A stretch of 32,000 nt of DNA, from positions 600,001 through 632,000 of the forward strand of contig NZ_JAGIOS010000001.1 of the NCBI RefSeq assembly GCF_017876815.1, in the 5' to 3' direction. This stretch comes from Sinorhizobium meliloti. Lineage in GTDB: Bacteria; Pseudomonadota; Alphaproteobacteria; Rhizobiales; Rhizobiaceae. The notes below the pieces were generated by a model. The model was not told the DNA's origin. It did no database searches and was given only the letters and a program-made list of their open reading frames with translations. Positions 1-9,356 of this stretch are shown in pieces; the first letter of the stretch is position 1; every line of letters starts with the position of its first letter. The translations under genes and the position numbers were made by a program.

Positions 1-979
1 GCTGCCAGAGGATCGGCAGCGCGATCACCGAAATCAGGAGCAGGCCGATGAAGATCGACATGACGATGCCGGGCACGTTCAGGAGGCCGAAGCCGAAGGT
101 GACCATGCCCATGATCAGCGCCGCCAGAACGACGCCGGGTATCGTGCCGGAGCCGCCGAGGATATTGACGCCGCCGAGCACCACCATGGTCACGACCTCG
201 AGCTCCCAGCCGAGCGCGATCGAGGGCCGTGTGGAGCCGAGCCGCGAGGTGAGGCAGACGGAGGCGAGCCCGGCCATGAGGCCGGTCAGCAGGAAGAGCG
301 TGAACTTGACCCGCCCGACCCGAACGCCGGAAAAGAGTGCAGCCGTCTGGTTGTTGCCGATGGCATAGACGGCACGGCCGAAATTCGTCCTGTGCAGCAG
401 GACTCCGTAAATTACGGCGAGCACGACGAAGAGCGTGAACTCGAAGGAGAAAACCCACCAGACATAGCCCTGGCCGAACCAGGCGAAGCTCTCGGGATAG
501 CCGGTAAAGGCCTGGTCGCCGAGCACGATGAAGGATAGGCCGCGAAACAGGCTCATGGTGCCGATCGTCACCACGATCGACGGCAGGCCGAGGCCCGTGA
601 TCAGGAGCCCGTTGACGAGACCGCAGAGGAGACCGACGCCAAGGCCGATCGCGACGAGCGCCGGCGTGTCGAAACCGAGTTGCACGGCATAGCCCATGGC
701 GGTCGAGGCAAGGGCGATGATGGAAGCGACCGAGAGGTCGATCTCGCCGGAGATGATCACCAGCGCCATGGCGAAGGCGATCATCGCCTTCTCGGTGAAG
801 TTGAACGTGGCGTCGGAGAGGTTCCACGGATCGAGGAAATAGGGCGACGCCAGCGAATTGCCGAGGAAGATCACGATGGCGACCACGAAGAGCAGCGCTT
901 CCCAGCTCTTCAGAAGGCGAGCGCCGCCTCCTTGCAGGCGATCGGGAATGTTGCGGGGAGAAATTTGCGCGTCCGCCAT
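1..979 (-). CDS. rhaQ: L-rhamnose ABC transporter permease; 3' end cut by the window edge, so absent from the ORF track
   Basis: The minus-strand frame is open from ATG 979-977 to position 1 (MADAQISPRNIPDRLQGGGARLLKSWEALLFVVAIVIFLGNSL...). The start makes an ATGA overlap with the stop of the upstream permease. The sequence is a multi-TM sugar-permease type and sits after rhaP as in the rhizobial rhaRSTPQ operon. Confidence 0.85.
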   Translation of the reverse strand, partial: MADAQISPRNIPDRLQGGGARLLKSWEALLFVVAIVIFLGNSLASPYFLDPWNLSDATFNFTEKAMIAFAMALVIISGEIDLSVASIIALASTAMGYAVQLGFDTPALVAIGLGVGLLCGLVNGLLITGLGLPSIVVTIGTMSLFRGLSFIVLGDQAFTGYPESFAWFGQGYVWWVFSFEFTLFVVLAVIYGVLLHRTNFGRAVYAIGNNQTAALFSGVRVGRVKFTLFLLTGLMAGLASVCLTSRLGSTRPSIALGWELEVVTMVVLGGVNILGGSGTIPGVVLAALIMGMVTFGFGLLNVPGIVMSIFIGLLLISVIALPILWQ

Positions 980-1959
980 CAGACCGCCTCCGCTTTCTTG
1001 AGAATGACCCTGCCCTTGCGCCGCTCGGCGCGGGCGTTGACGGCGACCGCGATGATGATGACCGTTCCGGATATCGCCAGTTGCGCGAAGGGCGAGATAT
1101 TGATGACCGGCAGAGCGTTCTTGATCACGCCGAGGAAGAGCGCTCCGAGGACCGCGCCCGCCACCGAGCCGATGCCGCCGGCAATCGAAATGCCGCCGAT
1201 GACGCAGGCCGCGATGATGTCGAGCTCGAAGCCGGCCGCGATGTCCACATAGGCGACCGCATAGCGCGATACCCAGAGGTAGCCCGACAGACCCGCAAGC
1301 GCGCCCGAGAGACAATAGGCGAAGAAGCGCGTACGTCCGACATCGATGCCGGTGTAGACGGCTGCGTGCGGATTGCCGCCGACGGCATAGAAGGCGCGCC
1401 CGAGCGGCGTGCGCCCCATGACCAGGAACATCAGCGCGACCATGACGAGCGAGAGCCAGGAAAGCACCGGCATGCCGGCCACATCCAGCCGCGGCAGCGC
1501 CTTGAAGGCATCGCTCATCTCATGGGCATTGATCCACTTGCCGTTCGTCAGCACGAAGATGAGGCCGCGATAGATCGTCAGCGTCCCGAGCGTGACGACG
1601 ATCGGGGGAATATTGAGCTTCCAGACCAACGTGCCGTTGATCGCCCCGAGGAAGCCGCCCAGCGCCATGACGGCGACAATGATGAGCGGTATCGGCAAGC
1701 CGGGAAAGGCGTTGTTCAACATGGCCGCGACCATGCCGCAGAGCGCGAGGTTCGCCGCCATCGACAAATCGATGCAGCGGGTGAGAATGACGGCCATCTG
1801 CCCGAGCGCCAGGATGACGAGGATAGAGGTGTCGCTATAGACGCGCGCGAGATTGGACGGAGCCACGAAAGCCGGAAAGCGCAAGGCGATCAGGGCAAGC
1901 AGCACGGCAATCGCGACGACGAGCAGGATTTCTCGGTTCTTGAGGAGCCTGGCCATCAT
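979..1959 (-). CDS. rhaP: L-rhamnose ABC transporter permease
   Basis: 326-aa polytopic membrane ORF of the ribose/monosaccharide ABC permease type. It overlaps the ATPase gene upstream by 4 nt and rhaQ downstream. Confidence 0.9.
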   Translation of the reverse strand: MMARLLKNREILLVVAIAVLLALIALRFPAFVAPSNLARVYSDTSILVILALGQMAVILTRCIDLSMAANLALCGMVAAMLNNAFPGLPIPLIIVAVMALGGFLGAINGTLVWKLNIPPIVVTLGTLTIYRGLIFVLTNGKWINAHEMSDAFKALPRLDVAGMPVLSWLSLVMVALMFLVMGRTPLGRAFYAVGGNPHAAVYTGIDVGRTRFFAYCLSGALAGLSGYLWVSRYAVAYVDIAAGFELDIIAACVIGGISIAGGIGSVAGAVLGALFLGVIKNALPVINISPFAQLAISGTVIIIAVAVNARAERRKGRVILKKAEAV

Positions 1960-3506
1960 GCGGCCCTCCCATCGGCTTGCGTTTCGATGCCTGCGGCGGC
2001 CCGCACCAGCTTCTCAGCGGTCAGTTCAGACCGCTCGTATCTTCCGGCGACGCGCCCCTCGCGCATGACGATGACGCGGTCAGACATCCCCATGATCTCG
2101 GGAATTTCCGAGGACACCATGATGACGCTCAAGCCTTGCGCCGCAAGCTCGCTCATGAAGGCATGAACGGCGGCCTTGGAGCCGATGTCGATGCCCTTGG
2201 TCGGCTCGTCGAGGATGATGACCTTCGGCCGGGTCGCGAGCCACTTGGCGATGACCACCTTCTGCTGGTTGCCGCCGGAAAGCGTGCCGACGTCCTGATC
2301 GAGCGCGGCGGCCCGCAGATCGAGGCGGGAGGTGTATTCGCGCGCCAGCGCGAATTCCTCGGCAAGCCGCAGGAAGCCCGAGCGCGAGGTGTGTGAAAGC
2401 GAGGGCAGCGTCACATTCTGGAAGATCGGCATGCCGATGATCGCCCCCTGCCGTCCGCGCTCTTCCGGCACATAGACGATGCCGGCGCGGATCGCCTCCG
2501 CCGGGCTGCGGATGACCAGCACCTCGCCATCGAGCTTCACGGCACCGGCGGACGGCCGGGTGATGCCGATCAGCGACTGCATGAATTCCGAACGCCCGGC
2601 GCCGACCAGGCCATAGAAACCCAGGATCTCGCCGCGCCTGAGTTCGAAGTTGATGTCCTCGAATTCGGTCGGGTGGCGATAACCGGAAACGGTAAGCACC
2701 GGCTGACCGATGGTCACCTCCTTCTTCGGATAGACGGAGCCGACGGCGCGGCCGACCATCATGCGGACGAGATCGTCCTGGCTGACGTCGGCGATCAGCC
2801 CTTCGCCGATCATCGCCCCGTCGCGAAAGACGGTATAGCGGTCTGCGATGCGGAAGATCTCATCGAATTTGTGGCTGATGAACAGGACGGCCTTGCCGTC
2901 GGCCTTGAGCCTTTCGATCAGATCGTAGAGCTCGTGAATTTCCTTGTGCGACAGCGCGGCCGTCGGCTCGTCCATGATGACGACGCGCGCATCGACCGAG
3001 AGCGCCCGTGCGATCGCGACCAGATGCTTCTTGGCGATGCCGAGATCGCGCAGGCGGATCGTCGGGTCGAAATCGGCGCCCGCGCGGCGCAACAGGGCCT
3101 GAGCGTCGGCGTTGAGCTGCTTCCAGTCGATGAGGCCGAAGCGGTTGCGCGGTGCGTGGCCGAGAAAGATATTTTCCGCGACGGAGAGCTCGTCGAAGAG
3201 CACCGTCTCCTGATGAATCGCCGTGACCCCGGCGCGGGACGCCGCAAGGGCGGTCGGAAAGGTGGTCTCCGTGTCGCCGAGCCGGATGGTGCCCGCATCA
3301 GGCTGATAGATGCCGGTCAGTATCTTGACGAGCGTCGACTTGCCGGCGCCGTTCTCGCCGACGAGCGCCGTCACCGAGCCGGGATAGAGAGCGAGCGAGA
3401 CATCGGAAAGAGCGCGCACGCCCGGAAAGGACTTCGATATGCCTTCAAGCGCAATGGCGGGCTTCATCCGCGATGTGGTTGTGTCCTGCAACAAGAGTGG
3501 ATCCAC
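1956..3506 (-). CDS. rhaT: L-rhamnose ABC transporter ATP-binding protein with duplicated ABC domains
   Basis: Walker A GENGAGKST and signature LSGGNQQKV are present, plus a second P-loop GLVGAGRSE. The start is uncertain: GTG at 3506 or ATG at 3467 (MKPAIALEG...), and neither has a clear SD. Confidence 0.9.
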   Translation of the reverse strand: MDPLLLQDTTTSRMKPAIALEGISKSFPGVRALSDVSLALYPGSVTALVGENGAGKSTLVKILTGIYQPDAGTIRLGDTETTFPTALAASRAGVTAIHQETVLFDELSVAENIFLGHAPRNRFGLIDWKQLNADAQALLRRAGADFDPTIRLRDLGIAKKHLVAIARALSVDARVVIMDEPTAALSHKEIHELYDLIERLKADGKAVLFISHKFDEIFRIADRYTVFRDGAMIGEGLIADVSQDDLVRMMVGRAVGSVYPKKEVTIGQPVLTVSGYRHPTEFEDINFELRRGEILGFYGLVGAGRSEFMQSLIGITRPSAGAVKLDGEVLVIRSPAEAIRAGIVYVPEERGRQGAIIGMPIFQNVTLPSLSHTSRSGFLRLAEEFALAREYTSRLDLRAAALDQDVGTLSGGNQQKVVIAKWLATRPKVIILDEPTKGIDIGSKAAVHAFMSELAAQGLSVIMVSSEIPEIMGMSDRVIVMREGRVAGRYERSELTAEKLVRAAAGIETQADGRAA

Positions 3507-3559
3507 CAGTTCAGTCGTTTCAATTGGGTGGCGGCCAAGCCCTCGATCACATGAGGCTG

Positions 3560-3640
3560 CCCCTCTCCTCGGGTTTAACCTGAGGACTAGCCCTCTCCCC
3601 GCAGGCGGGGAGAGGGCGGCCGGCAGGCCGGATGAGGGGC
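3560..3640. repeat. REP/RIME-like intergenic palindromic element between rhaS and rhaT
   Basis: Perfect 12-bp stem GCCCTCTCCCCG/CGGGGAGAGGGC at 3590-3617. It is flanked by a second hairpin (TCCTC..GAGGA, about 3566-3590) and by CCGGC-AG-GCCGG. This sequence class recurs in rhizobial intergenic regions. Confidence 0.6.
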
Positions 3641-3656
3641 AAACACCCCAGCACGA

Positions 3657-4646
3657 TCAGAAGATCTTCGCGAATTCCTCGACGTTCGAGGCATCATAGA
3701 CGAACGGGTCGGCCATGGCGCCTTCGTTGTTCTCGTCGAGCTTGACCGTGCCCATGCGGCCCATCTTGAGTTCCGCGCCGGGCTTGGCTTCGGCACCGTT
3801 GATGAGGTCATAGGCGATCATCGTTGCCGAATAGCCGAGGTCGATCGGGTTCCAGATGGCGAAGGACTTCGAGGCGCCGGACTTCACGTGTCCGGCCATT
3901 TCGGAGGGAAGGCCGAGACCGGTGACGTTGATCTGGCCGATCTTGCCGGCGTCGGTCACGGCCTGCGCCGCGGCGACGATGCCGACGGAGGTCGGCGCGA
4001 TGATGGCCTTCAGGTTCGGATGGGACTGGATGAGCCCTTGCGTCTCGCGATAGGACTTGTCGGCCAGGTCGTCGCCATAGACGGTGGCGACCACATTGAT
4101 GCCTTTGTAGTTGCCCTGGACCTTCTTCATTTCGGCGATCCACGTATTCTGATTGGTCGCCGTTGCGGAGGCCGAGAGCACTGCGACATCGCCGCCTTCG
4201 GGCAGATTGTCGGCGGCGAGCTTGATGATCATGTTGCCGATCAGCGGGCTCGAGGACGGGTTGAGATGCATCAAGCGGCCTTCCTTGGCCACACCCGAAT
4301 CCCAGGAGATGACCTTGATGCCGCGGTCCATCGCCTTCTTCAGTGCCGGGACGAGCGCGTCCGTGTCGTTGGCCGAAACCGCGATCGCATCGACTTTCTG
4401 CGCGATCAGCGAGTTGATCACTTCGATCTGGCCTTCGGCCGTCGTCGAGGTCGGGCCGGTATAGATGATCTCGACGTCGCCGAGTTCCTTGGCCGCTTCC
4501 TGAGCGCCCTTGTTGGCGGCTTCGAAGAAGCCGATGCCCAGTGCCTTGACGACAAGCGCGATCTTCTTGTTTTCCGCATGAGCGGCATTGGCCATCAGCG
4601 CCACGGCGACGGCGGCCGTCACCATCAATGATTTCAGGACTTTCAT
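3657..4646 (-). CDS. rhaS: L-rhamnose ABC transporter periplasmic substrate-binding protein
   Basis: ATG at 4646 is preceded by GGAGGAG. It has a signal peptide (MKVLKSLMVTAAVAVALMANAAHA) and a periplasmic sugar-binding fold sequence. The ORF-track start at 4706 is an upstream extension. Confidence 0.9.
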   Translation of the reverse strand: MKVLKSLMVTAAVAVALMANAAHAENKKIALVVKALGIGFFEAANKGAQEAAKELGDVEIIYTGPTSTTAEGQIEVINSLIAQKVDAIAVSANDTDALVPALKKAMDRGIKVISWDSGVAKEGRLMHLNPSSSPLIGNMIIKLAADNLPEGGDVAVLSASATATNQNTWIAEMKKVQGNYKGINVVATVYGDDLADKSYRETQGLIQSHPNLKAIIAPTSVGIVAAAQAVTDAGKIGQINVTGLGLPSEMAGHVKSGASKSFAIWNPIDLGYSATMIAYDLINGAEAKPGAELKMGRMGTVKLDENNEGAMADPFVYDASNVEEFAKIF

Positions 4647-4760
4647 CGTTTTTTTCTCCTCCCATGGGCCCGCATCCGGAGTGGCTGCGTCTTCCTGCCC
4701 GAACAATCATTTCCCGATCTTCACCCGGAAGCTCGGGACATCAGCTCCTCTCCCCATGCT

Positions 4761-5573
4761 TCATGCGGATGTCGAAGCCTTTTCGGCGTCGGCCTTGGCG
4801 CTCTGAGCGGCGACGATCAGGCTGACGCCGGCATTTTCAAGCATCGAGGCATGTCTGTCCTCGATACCTGAATCGGTAATGACGGTGGCGATGCGCTTGA
4901 GGCCGCACAGAATGAGGCTCGAGCGCCTGTGAAATTTCGAGGAGTCGACGAGCACGACGAGGTCGTCGGCCTGGTCGATCAGCTTCTGCTCGGCCTGGAT
5001 CAGCAGCGGATCGGCCTCCATCAGCCCGAGAGGCCCCAGCCCCTGCGCCCCCATGAACATGCGCCGCGCATAGAAGTTGCGCGTCACGTCGTTCTCGAAG
5101 GGGCTCAATATGATGTTCTGCTCGCGATAGATCGTCCCGCCCGACAGCATCACGGTGTTCTTCGAATGCTTGAGCAGGTGTTCGGCGATCGGGAAGGAAT
5201 TGGTGAAGACCTGCATCCGGCGATTGGCCAGGAAATGCACCATCTGAAAGGTCGTGGTGCCGCCATTGATGATGATCGGCTCGCCGTCCTGACAGAGCGC
5301 CACCGCTTCCCGGGCGATCGCCTGCTTCTCCCGCGCATGCAGACCTTCGTTCACCCGGAAGGGACGGCCGGCAAGGCCTACGAACTGCGGAGGGTTGATC
5401 GCTTCGGCACCGCCCCTGACGCGGCGCAGCCGCTTCTGCACATGCAGCGCCGCGATGTCGCGGCGGATCGTCGCCTCCGAGCTGCCGGTGAGATCGACCA
5501 ATTCGGGCACGGTTGCGACCGGCTTTTCCTGCACCGCCGACAGGATGATCCTGTGTCTTTCTTTCTCGTGCAT
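4761..5573 (-). CDS. rhaR: DeoR-family transcriptional repressor of the rhamnose locus
   Basis: N-terminal DeoR wHTH (RHRIILSAVQEKPVATVPELVDLTGSSEATIRRDIAAL) followed by a sugar-phosphate sensor domain. ATG at 5573 is preceded by GGAGGAG. Confidence 0.88.
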   Translation of the reverse strand: MHEKERHRIILSAVQEKPVATVPELVDLTGSSEATIRRDIAALHVQKRLRRVRGGAEAINPPQFVGLAGRPFRVNEGLHAREKQAIAREAVALCQDGEPIIINGGTTTFQMVHFLANRRMQVFTNSFPIAEHLLKHSKNTVMLSGGTIYREQNIILSPFENDVTRNFYARRMFMGAQGLGPLGLMEADPLLIQAEQKLIDQADDLVVLVDSSKFHRRSSLILCGLKRIATVITDSGIEDRHASMLENAGVSLIVAAQSAKADAEKASTSA

Positions 5574-5773
5574 GCGCTCCTCCGATGCTCCGCATGCTTC
5601 CATCCCTTCCGAGCATTGTCAATCACAATCAATCATGTTTTTTCATTGTGCGGCGCATCATGAAAGTTTTTGATCGTTTTTGATTGACATCCGCGTAATC
5701 GCCGTGTGATCTGATGCCAATCATATCGCTGCGGCCCATGTGGCGGCAGCCAGACCAGCGGGAGGAGTTCGAC
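5574..5773. promoter_or_regulatory. Divergent rhaR/rhaD control region with repeated TCAATCA/TGATTGA motifs
   Basis: tcaatcacaatcaatca at 5619-5635 and tgatcgtttttgattga at 5671-5687 form an imperfect inverted pair of direct half-site repeats in an AT-richer spacer. This is typical of DeoR operators. Confidence 0.5.
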
Positions 5774-7873
5774 ATGCTCGACAAGCACCAGGGCGCGCGC
5801 CTTGCCAATCTTTGGGACGACGGCAAGGCGGCAGGAATGACCGAGCCGGAAAAGCTCCTCTACCGCTCTAACCTCCTCGGATCGGACAAGCGGATCACCA
5901 ATTACGGCGGCGGCAATACCTCCGCCAAGGTCATGGAAAAGGATCCGCTGACCGGCGAAATGGTCGAAGTCCTCTGGGTCAAGGGCTCCGGCGGCGACGT
6001 CGGCACGATCAAGATGGACGGCTTCTCCACCCTCTACATGGACAAGCTCCGCGCGCTGAAGGGCATCTATCGCGGCGTCGAATTCGAAGACGAGATGGTC
6101 GGCTACCTGCCGCATTGCACTTTCAACCTCAATCCGCGCGCCGCCTCGATCGATACGCCGCTGCACGCCTATGTTCCGAAGCCGCATGTCGACCACATGC
6201 ATCCGGATGCGATCATCGCCATCGCCGCCTCGAAGAACAGCAGGGAACTGACGAGCAAGATCTTCGGCGACGAGATCGGCTGGCTGCCATGGAAGCGGCC
6301 TGGCTACGAACTCGGCCTCTGGCTTGAAAAATTCTGCCAGGAGAACCCGGATGCGCGCGGGGTCGTGCTCGAAAGCCACGGCCTCTTCACCTGGGGCGAC
6401 ACGGCGAAGGAGGCTTACGAGACGACGATCGAGATCATCAACCGCGCCATCGCCTGGTTCGAGACCGAGAACACGGGTCCCGCCTTCGGCGGCCGGTCCA
6501 AACCGGTGCTCGCCGCCGCCGATCGCGCCGCCATCGCCAAGAAGCTGATGCCGGTGATCCGCGGTCTCATCAGCGCGGGGGAAAGCAAGGTCGGTCATTT
6601 CGACGACAGTCAGGCGGTGCTCGATTTCGTGACTTCGACCAGCCTCGAGCCGCTGGCGGCGCTCGGCACGAGCTGCCCCGACCACTTTCTGCGCACCAAG
6701 ATCCGGCCGCTGGTCGTCGATTTCGACCCGGCGCAGCCGGATGTCGGCAATACCCTTGCGGGCCTGCCCGAGGCGATCGCCACCTATCGCGCCGACTATG
6801 CCGCTTATTACGAGCGCTGCAAGCGCGCCGACAGCCCGGCCATGCGTGATCCGAACGCGGTGGTCTATCTGGTGCCCGGCGTCGGCATGATCACCTTCGC
6901 CAAGGACAAGGCGACGGCGCGCATCTCGGCAGAGTTCTACGTCAATGCGATCAACGTGATGCGCGGCGCGTCCGGCGTGTCGACCTATGTCGGGCTGCCG
7001 GAGCAGGAAGCTTTCGATATCGAATACTGGCTGCTCGAAGAAGCCAAGCTGCAGCGTATGCCGAAGCCGAAGAGCCTTGCCGGGCGCATCGCGCTCGTCA
7101 CCGGCGGCGCCGGCGGCATCGGCAAGGCGACGGCCAACCGGCTGATGCAGGAGGGCGCCTGCGTGGTGCTTGCCGATATCGACGAGACGGCGCTCGAAGC
7201 TGCTCAGACCGAGCTTTCCACGCGCTACGGCAAGGACTTCGTCCGTTCCGTCAACATGAACGTCACGAGCGAGGCAGCCGTCGAATCGGGCTTCGGCGAC
7301 GCGCTGCTTGCCTTCGGCGGCCTCGATATTCTCGTTTCCAATGCCGGCCTCGCCACATCGGCGGCCGTGGAGGACACGACGCTGGCGCTCTGGAACAAGA
7401 ACATGGACATTCTCGCGACCGGCTATTTCCTGGTCTCGCGCGAGGCTTTCCGCATCTTCCGCAGCCAGAAGGCCGGCGGCAATGTCGTTTTCGTCGCCTC
7501 GAAGAACGGGCTTGCGGCCTCTCCCGGGGCGTCGGCCTATTGCACGGCCAAGGCGGCCGAAATCCACCTCGCCCGCTGCCTGGCGCTCGAAGGAGCGTCG
7601 GCGCAGATCCGCGTCAACGTGGTCAATCCCGACGCGGTTCTGCGCGGCTCCAAGATCTGGACCGGCGAATGGAAGGAACAGCGCGCAGCTGCCTACAAGA
7701 TGGACGTCGACGAGCTGGAGGCCCATTACCGCGAACGCTCGATGCTGAAGCTCAGCGTCTTCCCGGAAGATATCGCCGAGGCGATCTACTTCCTCGCTTC
7801 CGACATGTCGGCGAAGTCCACCGGCAATATCGTCAATGTCGACGCGGGCAATGCCCAGTCCTTCACCCGCTGA
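5774..7873 (+). CDS. rhaD: Bifunctional rhamnulose-1-phosphate aldolase / short-chain dehydrogenase (lactaldehyde dehydrogenase)
   Basis: ATG 5774 follows GGAGGAG. The N-terminal half is a class II aldolase/adducin domain. The C-terminal half is an SDR with TGGAGGIGKA and YCTAKAA (YxxxK). Length is 699 aa. Confidence 0.9.
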   Translation: MLDKHQGARLANLWDDGKAAGMTEPEKLLYRSNLLGSDKRITNYGGGNTSAKVMEKDPLTGEMVEVLWVKGSGGDVGTIKMDGFSTLYMDKLRALKGIYRGVEFEDEMVGYLPHCTFNLNPRAASIDTPLHAYVPKPHVDHMHPDAIIAIAASKNSRELTSKIFGDEIGWLPWKRPGYELGLWLEKFCQENPDARGVVLESHGLFTWGDTAKEAYETTIEIINRAIAWFETENTGPAFGGRSKPVLAAADRAAIAKKLMPVIRGLISAGESKVGHFDDSQAVLDFVTSTSLEPLAALGTSCPDHFLRTKIRPLVVDFDPAQPDVGNTLAGLPEAIATYRADYAAYYERCKRADSPAMRDPNAVVYLVPGVGMITFAKDKATARISAEFYVNAINVMRGASGVSTYVGLPEQEAFDIEYWLLEEAKLQRMPKPKSLAGRIALVTGGAGGIGKATANRLMQEGACVVLADIDETALEAAQTELSTRYGKDFVRSVNMNVTSEAAVESGFGDALLAFGGLDILVSNAGLATSAAVEDTTLALWNKNMDILATGYFLVSREAFRIFRSQKAGGNVVFVASKNGLAASPGASAYCTAKAAEIHLARCLALEGASAQIRVNVVNPDAVLRGSKIWTGEWKEQRAAAYKMDVDELEAHYRERSMLKLSVFPEDIAEAIYFLASDMSAKSTGNIVNVDAGNAQSFTR

Positions 7874-7886
7874 TAGGGAGGCTCCG

Positions 7887-9179
7887 ATGACCCTGATGAT
7901 CAGCAAATCCGCCGTCGATGCCGAGAATGCAAGCCGCCGGGACGCTCTGACACGTGACTATGAAAGCCTCGGCGATCGCCTCGCCCGCCGCGGCATCGAT
8001 ATCGATGCGGTGAAGGCCAAGGTCGCGGCCTACGGCGTTGCGGTCCCGTCATGGGGCGTCGGCACTGGCGGCACGCGCTTCGCCCGTTTCCCCGGCCCCG
8101 GCGAGCCGCGCAACATATTCGACAAGCTTGAAGACTGCGCCGTCATCCAGCAACTGACGCGGGCGACGCCGGCCGTGTCGCTCCATATCCCCTGGGACAA
8201 GGTCTCCGATCTTGGGGCCCTGAAGGAGAAGGGCTCGGCGCTCGGCTTGAGCTTCGACGCGATGAACTCGAACACCTTTTCGGACGCGCCCGGTCAGGCG
8301 CATTCCTACAAGTTCGGCTCCCTCTCCCACACCGATTCCGCGACCCGGCGCCAGGCGATCGAGCATAATCTCGAATGCGTCGAGATCGGCAAGGCGCTCG
8401 GTTCCAAGGCATTGACGGTCTGGGTCGGCGACGGCTCCAACTTCCCCGGCCAGAGCAATTTCACCCGGGCCTTCGAACGCTATCTCGACTCGATGAAGGC
8501 AGTTTACGCGGCGCTTCCGGATGATTGGCGCGTCTTCACCGAGCACAAGATGTTCGAACCGGCCTTCTACTCGACGGTCGTGCAGGATTGGGGCACGAAC
8601 TACCTGATCGCGCAGGAGCTCGGGCCCAAGGCCTTCTGCCTCGTCGATCTCGGGCACCACGCGCCGAACGTCAACATCGAGATGATCGTCGCCCGGCTGA
8701 TCCAGTTCAAGAAGCTCGGGGGCTTCCATTTCAACGATTCGAAATACGGCGACGACGATCTCGATACCGGATCGATCGACCCCTACCGCCTGTTCCTTGT
8801 CTTCAACGAGCTCGTCGATGCGGAGACACGCGCCGCGAACGGGTTCGATCCGGCCCATATGCTCGACCAGAGCCACAACGTGACGGACCCGATCGAAAGC
8901 CTGATGACCAGCGCCATGGAGGTCGGCCGTGCCTATGCTCAGGCGCTTATCGTCGATCGCAAGGCACTTGCAGGCTATCAGGAGGAGAACGATGCGCTGA
9001 TGGCATCAGAAACACTGAAGACTGCCTTCCGGACCGACGTCGAGCCCATCCTCGCCATGGCCCGCCTGGAAAATGACGGCGCAATCGCGCCGGTTGCCGC
9101 CTACCGGGCAAGCGGCTACCGCGCCAGGGTGGCGGCCGAGCGTCCTGCAATCGCCGGCGGTGGCGGCGGCATCGTCTGA
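7887..9179 (+). CDS. rhaI: L-rhamnose isomerase (xylose-isomerase-like TIM barrel type)
   Basis: ATG 7887 follows GGGAGG. The 430-aa protein is typical of the rhizobial/Pseudomonas stutzeri-type RhaI and lies immediately downstream of rhaD. Confidence 0.88.
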   Translation: MTLMISKSAVDAENASRRDALTRDYESLGDRLARRGIDIDAVKAKVAAYGVAVPSWGVGTGGTRFARFPGPGEPRNIFDKLEDCAVIQQLTRATPAVSLHIPWDKVSDLGALKEKGSALGLSFDAMNSNTFSDAPGQAHSYKFGSLSHTDSATRRQAIEHNLECVEIGKALGSKALTVWVGDGSNFPGQSNFTRAFERYLDSMKAVYAALPDDWRVFTEHKMFEPAFYSTVVQDWGTNYLIAQELGPKAFCLVDLGHHAPNVNIEMIVARLIQFKKLGGFHFNDSKYGDDDLDTGSIDPYRLFLVFNELVDAETRAANGFDPAHMLDQSHNVTDPIESLMTSAMEVGRAYAQALIVDRKALAGYQEENDALMASETLKTAFRTDVEPILAMARLENDGAIAPVAAYRASGYRARVAAERPAIAGGGGGIV

Positions 9180-9205
9180 ACGGCACCGTCTGAGCGGCAC
9201 CGGCA

Positions 9206-9240
9206 GCGACTTTCTCCGAACCAGAACGGTAGAAAGTCGC
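9206..9240 (+). terminator. Hairpin downstream of rhaI
   Basis: Perfect 10-bp inverted repeat GCGACTTTCT/AGAAAGTCGC with a 15-nt loop, 27 nt after the rhaI stop. There is no U-tract. Confidence 0.4.
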
Positions 9241-9356
9241 GGCAGCGGCGCAGAAGGCATTCCGCGGTCAAAAATTCAGCGCGCGGCCAAATTGCCTTCT
9301 ATCTCATTCCGAAACATGGTTTATCCTCTTCTTCAGATACAACGAGAGGGTGATTC

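Noticed and set aside
680-4710. Numerous 60-360-aa ORFs overlapping the rha transporter genes on either strand (e.g. 1081-2166 +, 2673-3554 +, 3808-4710 -, 3888-4631 +)
   Set aside because: All overlap confidently identified ABC transporter genes and show the Arg/Pro/Gly-rich composition of off-frame translation.
5633-7906. 757-aa ORF on the minus strand
   Set aside because: It lies exactly antisense to rhaD. The sequence is Arg/Gly/Ala-rich with no motifs, a typical shadow ORF of a high-GC gene. The plus-strand product has clear aldolase and SDR motifs.
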